Assembly (NCBI GenBank): GCA_963703225.1
Contig: OY969801.1
Span: 1,056,001 to 1,120,000, forward strand
DNA: 64,000 nt
Reading direction: 5' to 3'
Origin: Candidatus Eiseniibacteriota bacterium
GTDB lineage: Bacteria; Eisenbacteria; RBG-16-71-46; SZUA-252
In this document: piece by piece, positions 43,005 through 53,012 of the stretch
Layout: each line of letters opens with the position of its first letter
Position numbering within the stretch: the stretch's first letter is position 1
Notes under the pieces: model-generated
Told to the model about the DNA's origin: nothing
The model's input: the letters and a program-made list of their open reading frames with translations, nothing else
The model's database searches: none
Translations under genes and position numbers: made by a program

Positions 43005-45971
43005 ATGAGCCTTTCAGCCGGGGCCCGTTTCGGGCCTTACGAGATCCTTGCACCGCTCGGCGCCGGAGGCATGGGAGAGGTGTACCGCGCGCGCGACGCA
43101 CGCCTCGAGCGCGAAGTGGCTGTGAAGGCGCTTCCCACGGGGTTCTCCTCCGATCCCGAGCGGCTTCATCGCTTCATCCGCGAGGCGAAGGTTCTGGCCT
43201 CGCTCAATCACCCGAACATTTCTGCGATCTACGGGCTTGAGGAGCTCCCCTCCGGGGAGCGGTTGCTCGTCCTGGAGCTGATCGAGGGGGAGACGCTGGC
43301 GGAGCGTCTGAAGCGTGGCGCCCTGGCGATTCCCGAGGTGCTCCGAGTATGCGGGGCAATCGCAGAGGCGCTGGAAGCTGCCCACGAGCGCGGCGTGATT
43401 CACCGGGACTTGAAACCGGGGAATGTGATGCTGACACCGCGCGGTGTCGTCAAGGTTCTCGACTTCGGGCTCGCGCGGCGAAGCGAGGTTTCGCTCACGG
43501 ATCGGGCGACCGGGGCGCCCACGGTCACGGCTCTGACGGAAGTGGGCCAGGTTATTGGCACGCCCGGATACATGAGCCCGGAGCACGTGCGGGGAGAGGA
43601 GCACGATCGACGTACGGATATCTTTGCTTTCGGTTGCGTGCTCTTCGAGTGTCTGACAGGGCGGCGCGCCTTCGGTGGTGCGACCAAGATGGACGCGATC
43701 GCGGCCGTGCTGAATGCTGAGCCTCCTTGGTCCTTGCTTCCTCGCGACGCACCGCAGCCGATCCGTGGGCTGCTCGCTCGGTGTCTCGAGAAGGACCCGC
43801 GGCAGCGGCTTCGGGACATCGGCGACGCCAGGATCGAGATCGAGGAGGCGCGTGAAGCGCGCCCGCCCGCGCGCGCGCCCGTCAGCGCGACGCAGCACAA
43901 CCTCCCGAAGCAGCTCACGAGCTTCGTGGGAAGGGAGCGGGAAATTGCGGAGTGTGACGCGCTCCTCTGCGAGTCGCGACTTCTCACGCTCTCTGGGATC
44001 GGAGGGTGCGGGAAGACGCGTCTGGCGCTCAAGGTGGCGGATAGCCGGCTCGAGGCGCATCCAGACGGAGTCTGGTTCGTGGACCTGGCGCCGGTTTCCG
44101 ATCCGGACCGGGTCCCCGTCGCCGTGGCGACAGCAGCCTCGGTCCGGGAGGAGCCCGGCAAGCCCATCCTAGAGACACTGACGCGGCATCTCGCCGAGAA
44201 GCGCACCCTTGTCGTGTTGGACAATTGCGAGCACGTGCTCCTGGCATGCGCGACCCTTTCTGAGCGGCTCTTGGCTTCGGCGCCGGAGCTGCGGCTGCTT
44301 GCAACGAGCCGGGAAGGGCTGGGAGTGAAGGGGGAGCGTTCCTACGCAGTGCCCCCGCTTTCGGTGCCGGCACCCGACACGGAGAGCGAGGTACATGCCA
44401 TCGAGACCTCGGAAGCGGTGCGACTCTTCGTTGATCGTGCGCGAGTGATCGCTCCTGACTTCCGACTCACGGAGGAGACGACATCGGTCGTGGCCGAGAT
44501 CTGCCGCCGTCTCGATGGCCTCCCGCTTGCCATCGAGCTCGCGGCCGCGCGGGTAAGGTTCCTCTCCGTGGATCAGATCCGCGCGAAGCTGGATGACCGC
44601 TTCCGCCTTCTCACGGGCGGAAGCAAGACGGCGATCCCGCGGCACCGGACGCTCCTGGCGACGATTCAGTGGAGCTACGACAACCTGGCTCCTGGAGAAC
44701 AACGGTTTTTCCGGCTGCTCTCGGTCTTCGCGGGCAGCTGGTCGCTCGGCGCCGCCGCGGCCGTTGCGGGGGAGGACAACGACGAGTTCGTATCTCTAGA
44801 TCACCTTATGCGATTGGTGGACAAGTCGCTCGTAGTCGTGGAGCGCGATGAGAGCGGAGAGGCCGTGTACCGGATGCTCGAGACCGTGCGAGAGTTTGCG
44901 CAGGAGCGGCTACTCGAGTCGGGCGAGGACGACGGGGCTCGGAGGCGGCATCTTGATTTCTATCTTGCGTTCGCAGAGCAGGTCGAGCCGAAGCTTCCGG
45001 GCCCGGAGCGGGGAACGTGGCTCGCCCGACTCGATCGCGAGCAGGAGAATGTACTCGCGGCGCATGCACATTGCGATCATGCCAGGGATGGAGCGGCAAA
45101 GGGGCTTCGCCTCGTGGGAGCGCTTTCGTGGTTTTGGGAGGATCGCGGCCTTCGCGGGCTGGGCCTTCGCCTCGCCCAGGAGGCGCTGGCGCGCGAAGGG
45201 GTGGAGCCTCTCACTGGGCTCCGTGCCCGAGTGCTCAGAGCGGCGGCGGAGAATACCTATCGCCAGGGTCGATACGCCGTCGCCACGAAATTTTTGAAGG
45301 AGAGTCTCTCCATCTCACGTGCCCTAGTAGATGCGGACGGCACCGCTTCGGTGCTCCGCCTATTGGGGGATGTGGAGGTTGCCCAAGGGAATTTGCCCGT
45401 GGCGCGCCGACTCTTCGAAGAGAGCATCGCAATCTGGCGGGAGCTCGGGAAGGGAAGGCATGCTCTCGGACTCAATAGCCTTGCCGAGCTTCTTCGTGCG
45501 GAGGGGCAGCTTGAGGAAGCAGTGCGGCTATACGAGGAGGCTTTGGCAATCAATCGCGAGCGGAGAAGTGTTGTGCTGGTTGCCATCAATCTGCTCAACC
45601 TCGCAAGTGTTGAGGCCCAGCGCGGCAGACTTGCGGCGGCACGGAGCAGGTGGGCTGAGATTGCAACGGTGCTCGGCGAGGACACCAAGTCGAAGGCGAT
45701 TGCGTATAACGTGCTGGCTGTAGGGGCGGGCATACTGGCCGCGGCTGGCACGGGGACGAGGGCCGCGCGACTTTACGGGGCGTCGGAAGCGATGCGCGAG
45801 CGCCTGGGCCTGCGGACAGATCCGGCGGATGAGCAATTCATTGCGCCGGCAATGGCGCGAGCCCGGAGGGAACTGGGCGCGAGCGCCTTCGCAGCGGCAT
45901 TCGCCGCGGGCCGCGCGCTCTCCTATGACCAGGCGCTCGCCGAGGCACGTGTGTCATTGGAGGAGCGCTAA
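43005..45971 (+). CDS. Ser/Thr kinase fused to NB-ARC/STAND-like ATPase and TPR
   Basis: Kinase motifs; GIGGCGKT, VVLDNCEH, LDGLPLAIELAAAR. Confidence 0.95.
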   Translation: MSLSAGARFGPYEILAPLGAGGMGEVYRARDARLEREVAVKALPTGFSSDPERLHRFIREAKVLASLNHPNISAIYGLEELPSGERLLVLELIEGETLAERLKRGALAIPEVLRVCGAIAEALEAAHERGVIHRDLKPGNVMLTPRGVVKVLDFGLARRSEVSLTDRATGAPTVTALTEVGQVIGTPGYMSPEHVRGEEHDRRTDIFAFGCVLFECLTGRRAFGGATKMDAIAAVLNAEPPWSLLPRDAPQPIRGLLARCLEKDPRQRLRDIGDARIEIEEAREARPPARAPVSATQHNLPKQLTSFVGREREIAECDALLCESRLLTLSGIGGCGKTRLALKVADSRLEAHPDGVWFVDLAPVSDPDRVPVAVATAASVREEPGKPILETLTRHLAEKRTLVVLDNCEHVLLACATLSERLLASAPELRLLATSREGLGVKGERSYAVPPLSVPAPDTESEVHAIETSEAVRLFVDRARVIAPDFRLTEETTSVVAEICRRLDGLPLAIELAAARVRFLSVDQIRAKLDDRFRLLTGGSKTAIPRHRTLLATIQWSYDNLAPGEQRFFRLLSVFAGSWSLGAAAAVAGEDNDEFVSLDHLMRLVDKSLVVVERDESGEAVYRMLETVREFAQERLLESGEDDGARRRHLDFYLAFAEQVEPKLPGPERGTWLARLDREQENVLAAHAHCDHARDGAAKGLRLVGALSWFWEDRGLRGLGLRLAQEALAREGVEPLTGLRARVLRAAAENTYRQGRYAVATKFLKESLSISRALVDADGTASVLRLLGDVEVAQGNLPVARRLFEESIAIWRELGKGRHALGLNSLAELLRAEGQLEEAVRLYEEALAINRERRSVVLVAINLLNLASVEAQRGRLAAARSRWAEIATVLGEDTKSKAIAYNVLAVGAGILAAAGTGTRAARLYGASEAMRERLGLRTDPADEQFIAPAMARARRELGASAFAAAFAAGRALSYDQALAEARVSLEER

Positions 45972-46103
45972 TCTGGCCGCTCACCTTGTGTAATGACTCG
46001 GATCGACTGGCCTTGCTTCAGGGAATGCCGTCGAAATGGCGGCACGCCCCACCCAAGCGTACCTCTGCTCAAAACGTGGTAAGTTACTTGGCTCAGTGTT
46101 CTT

Positions 46104-46143
46104 GGGCCGTTAGCTCAGTCGGCAGAGCACCTGCCTTTTAAGC
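46104..46143 (+). repeat. 5'-half tRNA-Lys junction; arm extends to ~46350
   Basis: 40/40 identical to the tRNA 5' end; TGGTAAGTT at 46077. Confidence 0.97.
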
Positions 46144-46609
46144 GAAACAAGGGTATTCAGCAACCGAGACCGTAAGTACAGTCCGCGGAACTCAATACAC
46201 GTCGCCCCAGGAGCTTAGCCCTCTTGGGGCGATGTGCTCTTTGGGGGAGATAGGGGACAAAGCGGGACGATTTGGGAAGCTGAGACCGGATCACCGGATC
46301 AGTGCCGCAGCGAGAGATCTTTCAAGCCGGAAACACCGGGGACACCGGACTGCGGCGTTCCCAATCATTGGAAACCTCATGCGGACCTCGCGATCCCGAC
46401 GAGCAGGCTCGGGGCCGCCGCCTGGTCTCAGTTCCTCGACGGTATTGTCCGCATCTCTGTCGCTCCCTCAAGCGATTGGTGTGTTCGTCGAAAGTACTCC
46501 TCCTGAGATCATCCTGCCGGCTTTTTCAATAGCGCACACCTTGCCGGTCCGATAGCATCCCTTCGTTGTTCCGCCGGTTTGGGGCCCCGTTGATTAGGAG
46601 ACCGCCACC

Positions 46610-47476
46610 GTGGCCTTCCGAGCTCCAGCACGATTGACAGCGGTTAGTCTATCAATGCTGGTCCCGCTCCTCTCGTGCAGTCCCCGATCGACTGCCGATG
46701 AAGCGAGTTCCCCGTGTGGGTGGTCTGTTCTTGGATCGCGTCCGCGGACCGCGAAGGACGTTCCGTTCGAAAGTCGGGACCCGCTCCTGCAGACCCCTGA
46801 CGACCCGAATCGGGTGAGAGGCCCGGGGAGCCTCGTCGCGATCGTCAAGAGCGACAGTCTTCATCATCCGCAGATCTACATCGAGGATGAGGTCACTGGC
46901 AAGCGCACCCATCTTCTCCGGGGTTCCAAGCCTAGGTGGTCGCCCGACGGATCGAGGATTGCGTGCGAAATATGGAAGTCCATCGAACGTCCCTGGATGC
47001 TGTGCGTGGTTGACCCCAAGACCGGAAGGGCGAGCGAGCTAGAGATTGGGTGCCTCGTTGATACATACCGCTGGTCTCCCGATGGGCAGTCCATCGCGGT
47101 CGGCGGAACCCTGTACGGGAAGTCGGTCAACGTTCTGTGTTGGGTGCGGCTTTCAACGGGCAGGAGCCGAATGCTGGACACGCTGCCGGTCTTCTCGGCC
47201 TACGAGGATCTAACCTGGTCCCCGAATTCGGGCGCGCTTGTGGTGGCGCGTCCCACTGCCGTCAACGCCGAGGAAGAGGACACGGCCGCGGACCTGTGGC
47301 TGTTTGATGAGAAAGGCCGGAAGTGTGCACTTACTGAGACGCCGGAGGTGGTGGAGGAAGCTCCGCAGTGGCTGGATGGGGGGAGCATCCTGTATTCCTT
47401 CCATCGGTTCGACCGAGGTGTTGCCGGGCCCCCAGAACAAGAAGTGCTCCTGCTGAAAACATCCGCAGCAAAGTAG
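46610..47476 (+). CDS. TolB-like (PD40 repeat) lipoprotein
   Basis: LLSC lipobox; WSPDG repeats; AGGAG RBS. Confidence 0.8.
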   Translation: MAFRAPARLTAVSLSMLVPLLSCSPRSTADEASSPCGWSVLGSRPRTAKDVPFESRDPLLQTPDDPNRVRGPGSLVAIVKSDSLHHPQIYIEDEVTGKRTHLLRGSKPRWSPDGSRIACEIWKSIERPWMLCVVDPKTGRASELEIGCLVDTYRWSPDGQSIAVGGTLYGKSVNVLCWVRLSTGRSRMLDTLPVFSAYEDLTWSPNSGALVVARPTAVNAEEEDTAADLWLFDEKGRKCALTETPEVVEEAPQWLDGGSILYSFHRFDRGVAGPPEQEVLLLKTSAAK

Positions 47477-47502
47477 CCGGCTGTGACGCACGGAGGTGTT
47501 CA

Positions 47503-48034
47503 ATGTACCAACCCCACGCTCCACATCATGGATTCTTGTTTCCTGTCCTGCTCGCTGGCGTACTCGTCATGCCTGCCCCGAGTCTCGGGTTCGTGGACGT
47601 TTGGATCGACCCGGGCCACGGCGGCCCTGACGCGGGAAACCCGGGATATAGCGGCCTAGCTGGCGGCCGCGAGAAGGTCCTGAACCTCGAAGTCAGCAAC
47701 GTGCTCCATACCCGGCTTGGCCAGATTGGGTACAGCTCCCTCCTCACCCGGAACGGGGACAACAATCCAACAAAGGTACGGCGTGCAGATATGGCCACGG
47801 GCCGGGCATCGAACGACCTCGGTGAACTCGAGGTCGGGCAGATGCTGATTAGCGTGCACATGAACTCCACGGTGCAGTCTGTGTTTGGGACGGAGACCTA
47901 CTATCCGCCGTACAAGAAGTTTGGGTGGGTGTTGGACGGCTATCGCGTGGATAGCACGTTTGCCTATGAAATTCACACCGGTTTGATGAACGGCGCGACG
48001 AGCGCATTCATCGGATGCAACACTGATCGTGGGC
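47503..48034 (+). pseudogene. N-acetylmuramoyl-L-alanine amidase (Amidase_3), 3'-truncated at the IS
   Basis: IDPGHGG, EK..NL, ISVHMNS, GTETYY; ends at DRG before the catalytic Glu segment. Confidence 0.85.
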
Positions 48035-48046
48035 GTAAGCTTCCCC

Positions 48047-48906
48047 GTCAAGTAGACAGGTTGAAAGAGTACTCCCGGATCGATGAATGCCTCGGCAGAA
48101 ACGTGAGCGGCGGCACCCGGCCGAGGCTGTCGTGGGGCCGCTCGGTGTTGTAGTCCCTCAGCCACTCCTCCGTCACCACCCGCACTTCGCCCAGACGAGC
48201 CGAACACGTAGGCGTCCAGCACGTCCTGGCGGTAGCTGCGGTTGAACCGCTCGATGTAGGCGTTTTGGTCCGGCTTGCCGGGCTGGATGTAGCGGATCTC
48301 GATCTCCTGAGCCTGGCACCACTCGACGAAGGCCTCCGCCGTGAGCTCGGGCCCGTTGTCGACCCGCAACGCCGCGGGCTTGCCGTGGGCGGCGACGAGT
48401 TCCTCCATCACGCGAATCACCCGAACGCTCGGTATCGAAATCGCGATCTCGATGGCCAGCGCCTCACGGTTTCCTTCGTCGATCACGTTCAACGTGCGAA
48501 ACTGCCGCCCTCCGTACAACACGTCCGTCATAAAATCCAAAGCCCAAGTGCTGTTCAGCACGGTCGGGGCCTCGAGCGAGTGGCGCAGCCGTGCCGGAAT
48601 GCGCCGCTTCGTGCGGCGCGGAAGATTGAGTCCCAGAGCGCGGTAGACGCGATGAATCCGCTTCCAGTTCCAGGGATGGCCCTTCGCCCGAAGGCGATCC
48701 ACGCACTTCCACAAGCCGTGCCGCGGATGACGCTCCACGACGGCGTTCAGCGCGGCGATCACCGCAGCATCTCGCTCCACAGCCGGCCGGGGAGGTCGGT
48801 AGTACGCCGCCCGCGAGAGTCGAGCGATCCGGCAGGAGCGCTGCACCGACATCCGGTGCTCCTTCACCAGGACCGCCGCGGCCTCCCGCCGCGCGGACGG
48901 CGTCAC
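48047..48906 (-). CDS. IS3 transposase OrfB (DDE), frameshifted near 48195
   Basis: WALDF, DNGPE, PGKPDQNAYIERFN. Confidence 0.88.
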
Positions 48907-49169
48907 AACTTTCGGCTCAGCAGGTCCTTAATCGCCGCGTTCTCGAGCGCGAGGTCCGTGTACATCCGCTTCAGCTTCGCGTTCTCGGCCTCGAGCTCCC
49001 GCAGACGCTTCAAATCAGGCACCGTCGCCCCCGCGTACTTCCGCTTCCAGCCGAAGTACGTGTTCTTGCTGATCCCGTGCTTCCGGACGATCTCGGCGAT
49101 CGGTACGCCCGCCTCGCCCTCCCTCAGAATCGCCACGATCTGCGACTCCGTGAACCGCGACTTCCGCAT
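48903..49169 (-). CDS. IS3 transposase OrfA (HTH)
   Basis: MRKSRFTESQI..WKRKY..LEAENAKLK. Confidence 0.93.
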   Translation of the reverse strand: MRKSRFTESQIVAILREGEAGVPIAEIVRKHGISKNTYFGWKRKYAGATVPDLKRLRELEAENAKLKRMYTDLALENAAIKDLLSRKL

Positions 49170-49234
49170 GATCCCTCCCGCAAAAGGACCCGGGAGAGTC
49201 TACAATCAACTGTCTACAGAGAGGGGAAGCTTAC

Positions 49235-49312
49235 GGGCCGATATGCTTTTCGGGGAAGTTCAGGGACGTTCGTGGCCGGGGTAGGACGATTGAACCGGAT
49301 CACCGGATCACC
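49235..49312 (+). repeat. Distal part of a junction arm whose tRNA half is missing
   Basis: Near-identical to 39194-39269. Confidence 0.92.
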
Positions 49313-49363
49313 ACGAAGACTTCAAGCTGGGCCGCCCGTAGCTGAGGTCACGGTCTAGCTGCT

Positions 49364-52300
49364 TCACTTCAAGATAATGAACCTTCCTGTCGTGCTCCCG
49401 TCCGATGTCTCAAGCTTGTAGTAGTAGATGCCCGTAGTGAGAATCGTTGCAGGGCTGGCACTCAACGTAATGTCGTGGAACCCCGGGCCATATTGAGACG
49501 CGTCCAACGCCGTGAATATAAGCCTCCCACGCACGTCGAAAACACCGAGCCGCACCGGTGCAGGTTTCGATGTGTAGAAGGAGAGCACAGGACTCTTTCG
49601 ACTGGGATTGGGAGTGACGGTTGCGTCCCGGACCCCGCGCTGGGGAACAATTTCGATGTCGACCGTTCCCTCGAACGCACCGCCCTGAGAAGCTCACCGC
49701 TGATGGTCGTGTGAACGCTTTGGCGACCGCCCTGGATGCTCTCAAACAGTCGCCGTAGGTCGGCCTTCGCAAAACATGCCGACAAGTCCGTGACGCCGTT
49801 GTTATCGCGATCACTAGGGGTGTCGGACTCCAACACTTGAGCCTGAATCCTGTCGGTTGATCCCGCTCCTGCCAACGCCAGTTTCACCGTAGTAGGGTCG
49901 ACCACTCCGAGGTCGAAGTCCCCGTCTAGTGGTTCCAGCTGCACGCATGCCCGGGGTCCACCTGAGCCGAGCCGAATCGGGCTCTCGCTACGGAGGATGT
50001 ACGCACGCGCCGCGAATCGCCTGCTCGCGACTGTGATCACCGTGGTCGCCGAGTCTGACCGAAGGATGCCTCTCGGGGGCGTCGACGGTGAAGTTGCGAT
50101 CATGGTCACGACGTAAATTCCCGCCTCGCCGGACCGAGGCGTCCAGGAAAAGTGGGCAGACGAGCGGGTGGGACTGGTAGATAGAACAGAGCCTGCGGGC
50201 AGCCCCTCGCCCACGAATGCGAGAATGGGGCCGCCGTCGGGGTCTGCGACGGTCGCATCGAAGACCAGCTCTTCGCCTTCGACACCTTGCACTTCAGCAG
50301 GGGCGATGACGACGGGAGGTCGGTCTGAGTCGCTGATCACGAGTTCGGTCGAGGCCCATCCTCCGGATTCGTTGGTTGCGTAGAAATCGACGCGGTAATA
50401 GCCGGCCTGGTCGAAGGTCGGCGTCCAGGTCAGGGTACCGGTTTGGTTACGAAGGGCCGGGTTCAAACAGGGCGCCTGGGGGCAGCCTGTCTGCGCGCAG
50501 TTCACTGATGGCATCACCATCCTGATCTTCAGCCGTGACGGTGAACGAGAGCAGTACTCCCTCGGTGCCACTAACCGATTCTGGTGCGAGAATCACCGGT
50601 TGCCGGTCGTTGTTTACAACGGTGAGCACAAGCAGTCCGTTGCCGACCTCCTCCTGACCGCCTAGGCCACCCGATTCCGATACGGCCGTGAACGAGACTG
50701 CATATTGGCCTGCTTGATCGAAGTCCGGATTCCACGTGAGCAGGCCACTGGTGTTCGCGGAGTCCGCAACAAAGGTGGCTCCTCGAGGTAGATTCGGCGC
50801 TACGAAGCTGACGATCGGGTCACCGTTCGGATCCGTCGCGTGAAGAGTGACCTCGATGGTCGGGCCGTCCTCGAACCCTAATGCTCCTCCCGGTCCGGTG
50901 ATTACCGGGGCACGTTCGGCCCTCCCCACTTCAATACGAGTAGTGTCGCTCGCTTGCCCCGAATTCGAGGCGGTGAATGTAAGGACATAGCTACCTGCCT
51001 GACCAACTGCAGTGTCCCAGCTGAGCGTCCCCAAAGAATTGTCTCCGCACGTGGCGAGTGAGGCGCCACTCGGCAGCGGTCCTGAAGTGAGGGCGTTGAT
51101 GGGATCCCCATCCAGATCGGCCGCGTGCACCGTGAAGTGTATCGACTCTCCCTCGAACGCCTGGATCGCAGTAGGGGCGGAGACTATCGGCGTGCTCATT
51201 CGCTGCACCGCCGAGCGAAGATCGGGTCGCGGGCCGATTGGCTCCTGAGATGCTGGGCGAGTGCCGTCCTGCTGGGGCGTGCCCGTTTCGACTAGCAACG
51301 CCCTCATGATCGAAGGTGGCACCGTCGTTCCCACACCGTGCTCTGCGATTCCTTCAACAGATGCGACGGCAGAGGCCACCAGCGGCCCCGCGCTCGAGGT
51401 GCCGCCGAAGAAGCGCGTGAACGTACGATTCGGACCTTCTTCGGAATAGAGATCGCCCCCCCCGGTGGTCACGACCCTGTGGCCCCAACCTTGGACGTCG
51501 AGGCGGGAGCCATAGTTGGAGAACCACGACCGGGCCCGATCGGGCCCAACCTCTGGAGCTGTTGGCGGAATACCGGCTCCAACCATGATCGCACCGGAGT
51601 TGTTCTCGGCCAGGAACGGCGCATGTCCGAAGTTCCCAGCCCTGTAAATCGGGTCGTCGAGACTCTGGCTTCCGTTGCCCGCTGGCTCCACGACGTGGAT
51701 TCCATTCCCGACCGCGGTCAAGATTGCGTTGTAGATGGAAGGCTCCCACTCTACGGGGACGTACCCGAACGGCGTTCCATCCGCTATGAAGTACGGTCCT
51801 ACCGTCCCTACCTCTATAAGGATGACGTCGCCCGCGTCCAGTTGCGATGTGGCCCAGAGGATCTGTTGGAACAGGCCGTATCCCGAATCGAGGAAGACGG
51901 GCGCGACAAGACAGCGAGCGTCGTAGGAGGCGCCGGTTGTGCCCCACCCGTTCGGCAGACTGAACATCGTCCCGAGGACCTCGGTCCCATGGTCATCCAC
52001 GGGAAGGGACGCAAGGGACTCGCCGCTGGGGATCATCACCGTGGCAGGCGGTAGATCCTCGTGGTTCAAATTCCACCCATACTCCATGTCACAGATTGCT
52101 ACCCCCGCACCGGTGCCACCTGGAATAGCCCAAGCGAAGTGAGAGTCGAGGCCGTCGGGGGCCGGGAGGAGATACCTCTGGAGAGGCTCGAAGTCAGGCA
52201 CGGAAGGGGCGGGCGCGGGGAGCGGAGCTGGCGCGGCCAACTCGACCTCTGGAAGGTCATTCAGCGCGTCTATCGTGGCCTTGGGATCGGCACCGGGCGG

Positions 52301-52765
52301 CAGGGTCAGGATGAAATAGCTGGAGAGGTCAGCGATTTCTCGGCCCAGGGCTAGCTGGGCGCGCGTTCTCAGCTGCTCGAGACGCGCACGGTCCATGCCC
52401 GACGCCGGCCGCCAGCGGCCACCTGCGTCGCCGATGCCCTGGAGCACCGTTGTGGCTCGCGTTGAAGCGAATCCAAGCGGGGGAGATCCAGCCAGCTTCC
52501 CGACAGCAGCGATGTGGGGTTCGAGCCCGTCCTGAAACTTGACATCAATTCGGAGCCGGTCGAACCCGGGGGGGATCGCAGCGTGGGTGGGCTTTACCAA
52601 GTGCTTGCGCGGATGAAGGTCAGACGCGGCTCTGGACCCCGGTGCGGCAGATCCAGCGGGTGCCTCCCCTGCATGGAGGGCCGAGAAGAGGGTGAGAAGG
52701 GCGAATACTAATGGTGCGCATCCGGGCAGGTGAAACGATGCCTCAACGCGCGCTAGGGATCCCAT
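49364..52765 (-). pseudogene. Secreted S8 peptidase with Ig-like repeats and FlgD/T9SS-like tail; two 1-nt frameshifts (~50449, ~49685), either real or assembly errors
   Basis: DMEYG, HGT, PAGNG, GGTSSAGP; repeated D.DGD..WTP..QAG.Y; reading continues in shifted frames. Confidence 0.85.
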
Positions 52766-52878
52766 GCATGTCCGTTCTCCCGGGGCGCGAGGAAGTCCTT
52801 TGCTGCGTTGAATGGCGTGGATTGGCCCCGGTACGAGCAGTGAATTATAGCACTCGGCGGAAAAGTCCCAGGGAAACG

Positions 52879-52887
52879 TGGTAACTT
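52879..52887 (+). promoter_or_regulatory. Extended -10 element of the tRNA promoter
   Basis: TGGTAACTT fits TGnTAnnnT; equivalents precede the half-tRNA copies at 33352-46104. Confidence 0.7.
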
Positions 52888-52905
52888 ACTCGCCTCAGTA
52901 TCGTT

Positions 52906-52978
52906 GGGCCGTTAGCTCAGTCGGCAGAGCACCTGCCTTTTAAGCAGGGAGTCGTTGGTTCGATTCCAACACGGCCCA
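52906..52978 (+). tRNA. tRNA-Lys (anticodon UUU); CCA not encoded
   Basis: Full cloverleaf: GGGCCGT/ACGGCCC, GCTC/GAGC, CCTGC-CTTTTAA-GCAGG, GTTGG-TTCGATT-CCAAC. Confidence 0.98.
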
Positions 52979-53012
52979 CACCCATAAGGACATCCGCGCA
53001 AGGGAGGGAGCC

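Larger units (their letters stand above)
48035..49234 (-). mobile_element. IS3-family insertion sequence
   Basis: Imperfect terminal IR GTAAGCTTCCCC-5nt-GTAGACAG at both ends; GGGC on both flanks; orfA/orfB. Confidence 0.93.

Noticed and set aside
33352..46143. 38-nt repeats as a CRISPR array
   Set aside because: The spacers are kilobases of genes, the repeat is a tRNA 5' half, and no cas genes are present.
33352..46143. Half copies as functional, split or intron-containing tRNAs, or anticodon-nuclease decoys
   Set aside because: No 3' anticodon strand, T arm or acceptor strand follows, and no separate 3' halves are in the window, so no anticodon stem-loop can form in cis.
37205..46250. Arm hairpins as intrinsic terminators
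   Set aside because: The T run is short and several nt from the stem; possible, but not supportable as a feature.
37146..49312. Classical integron attC sites
   Set aside because: No RYYYAAC..GTTRRRY bounded palindromes and no intI seen; the resemblance to integrons is functional only.
49364..52765. Programmed frameshifting in the S8 gene
   Set aside because: No slippery heptamer at either shift; simple indels explain it.
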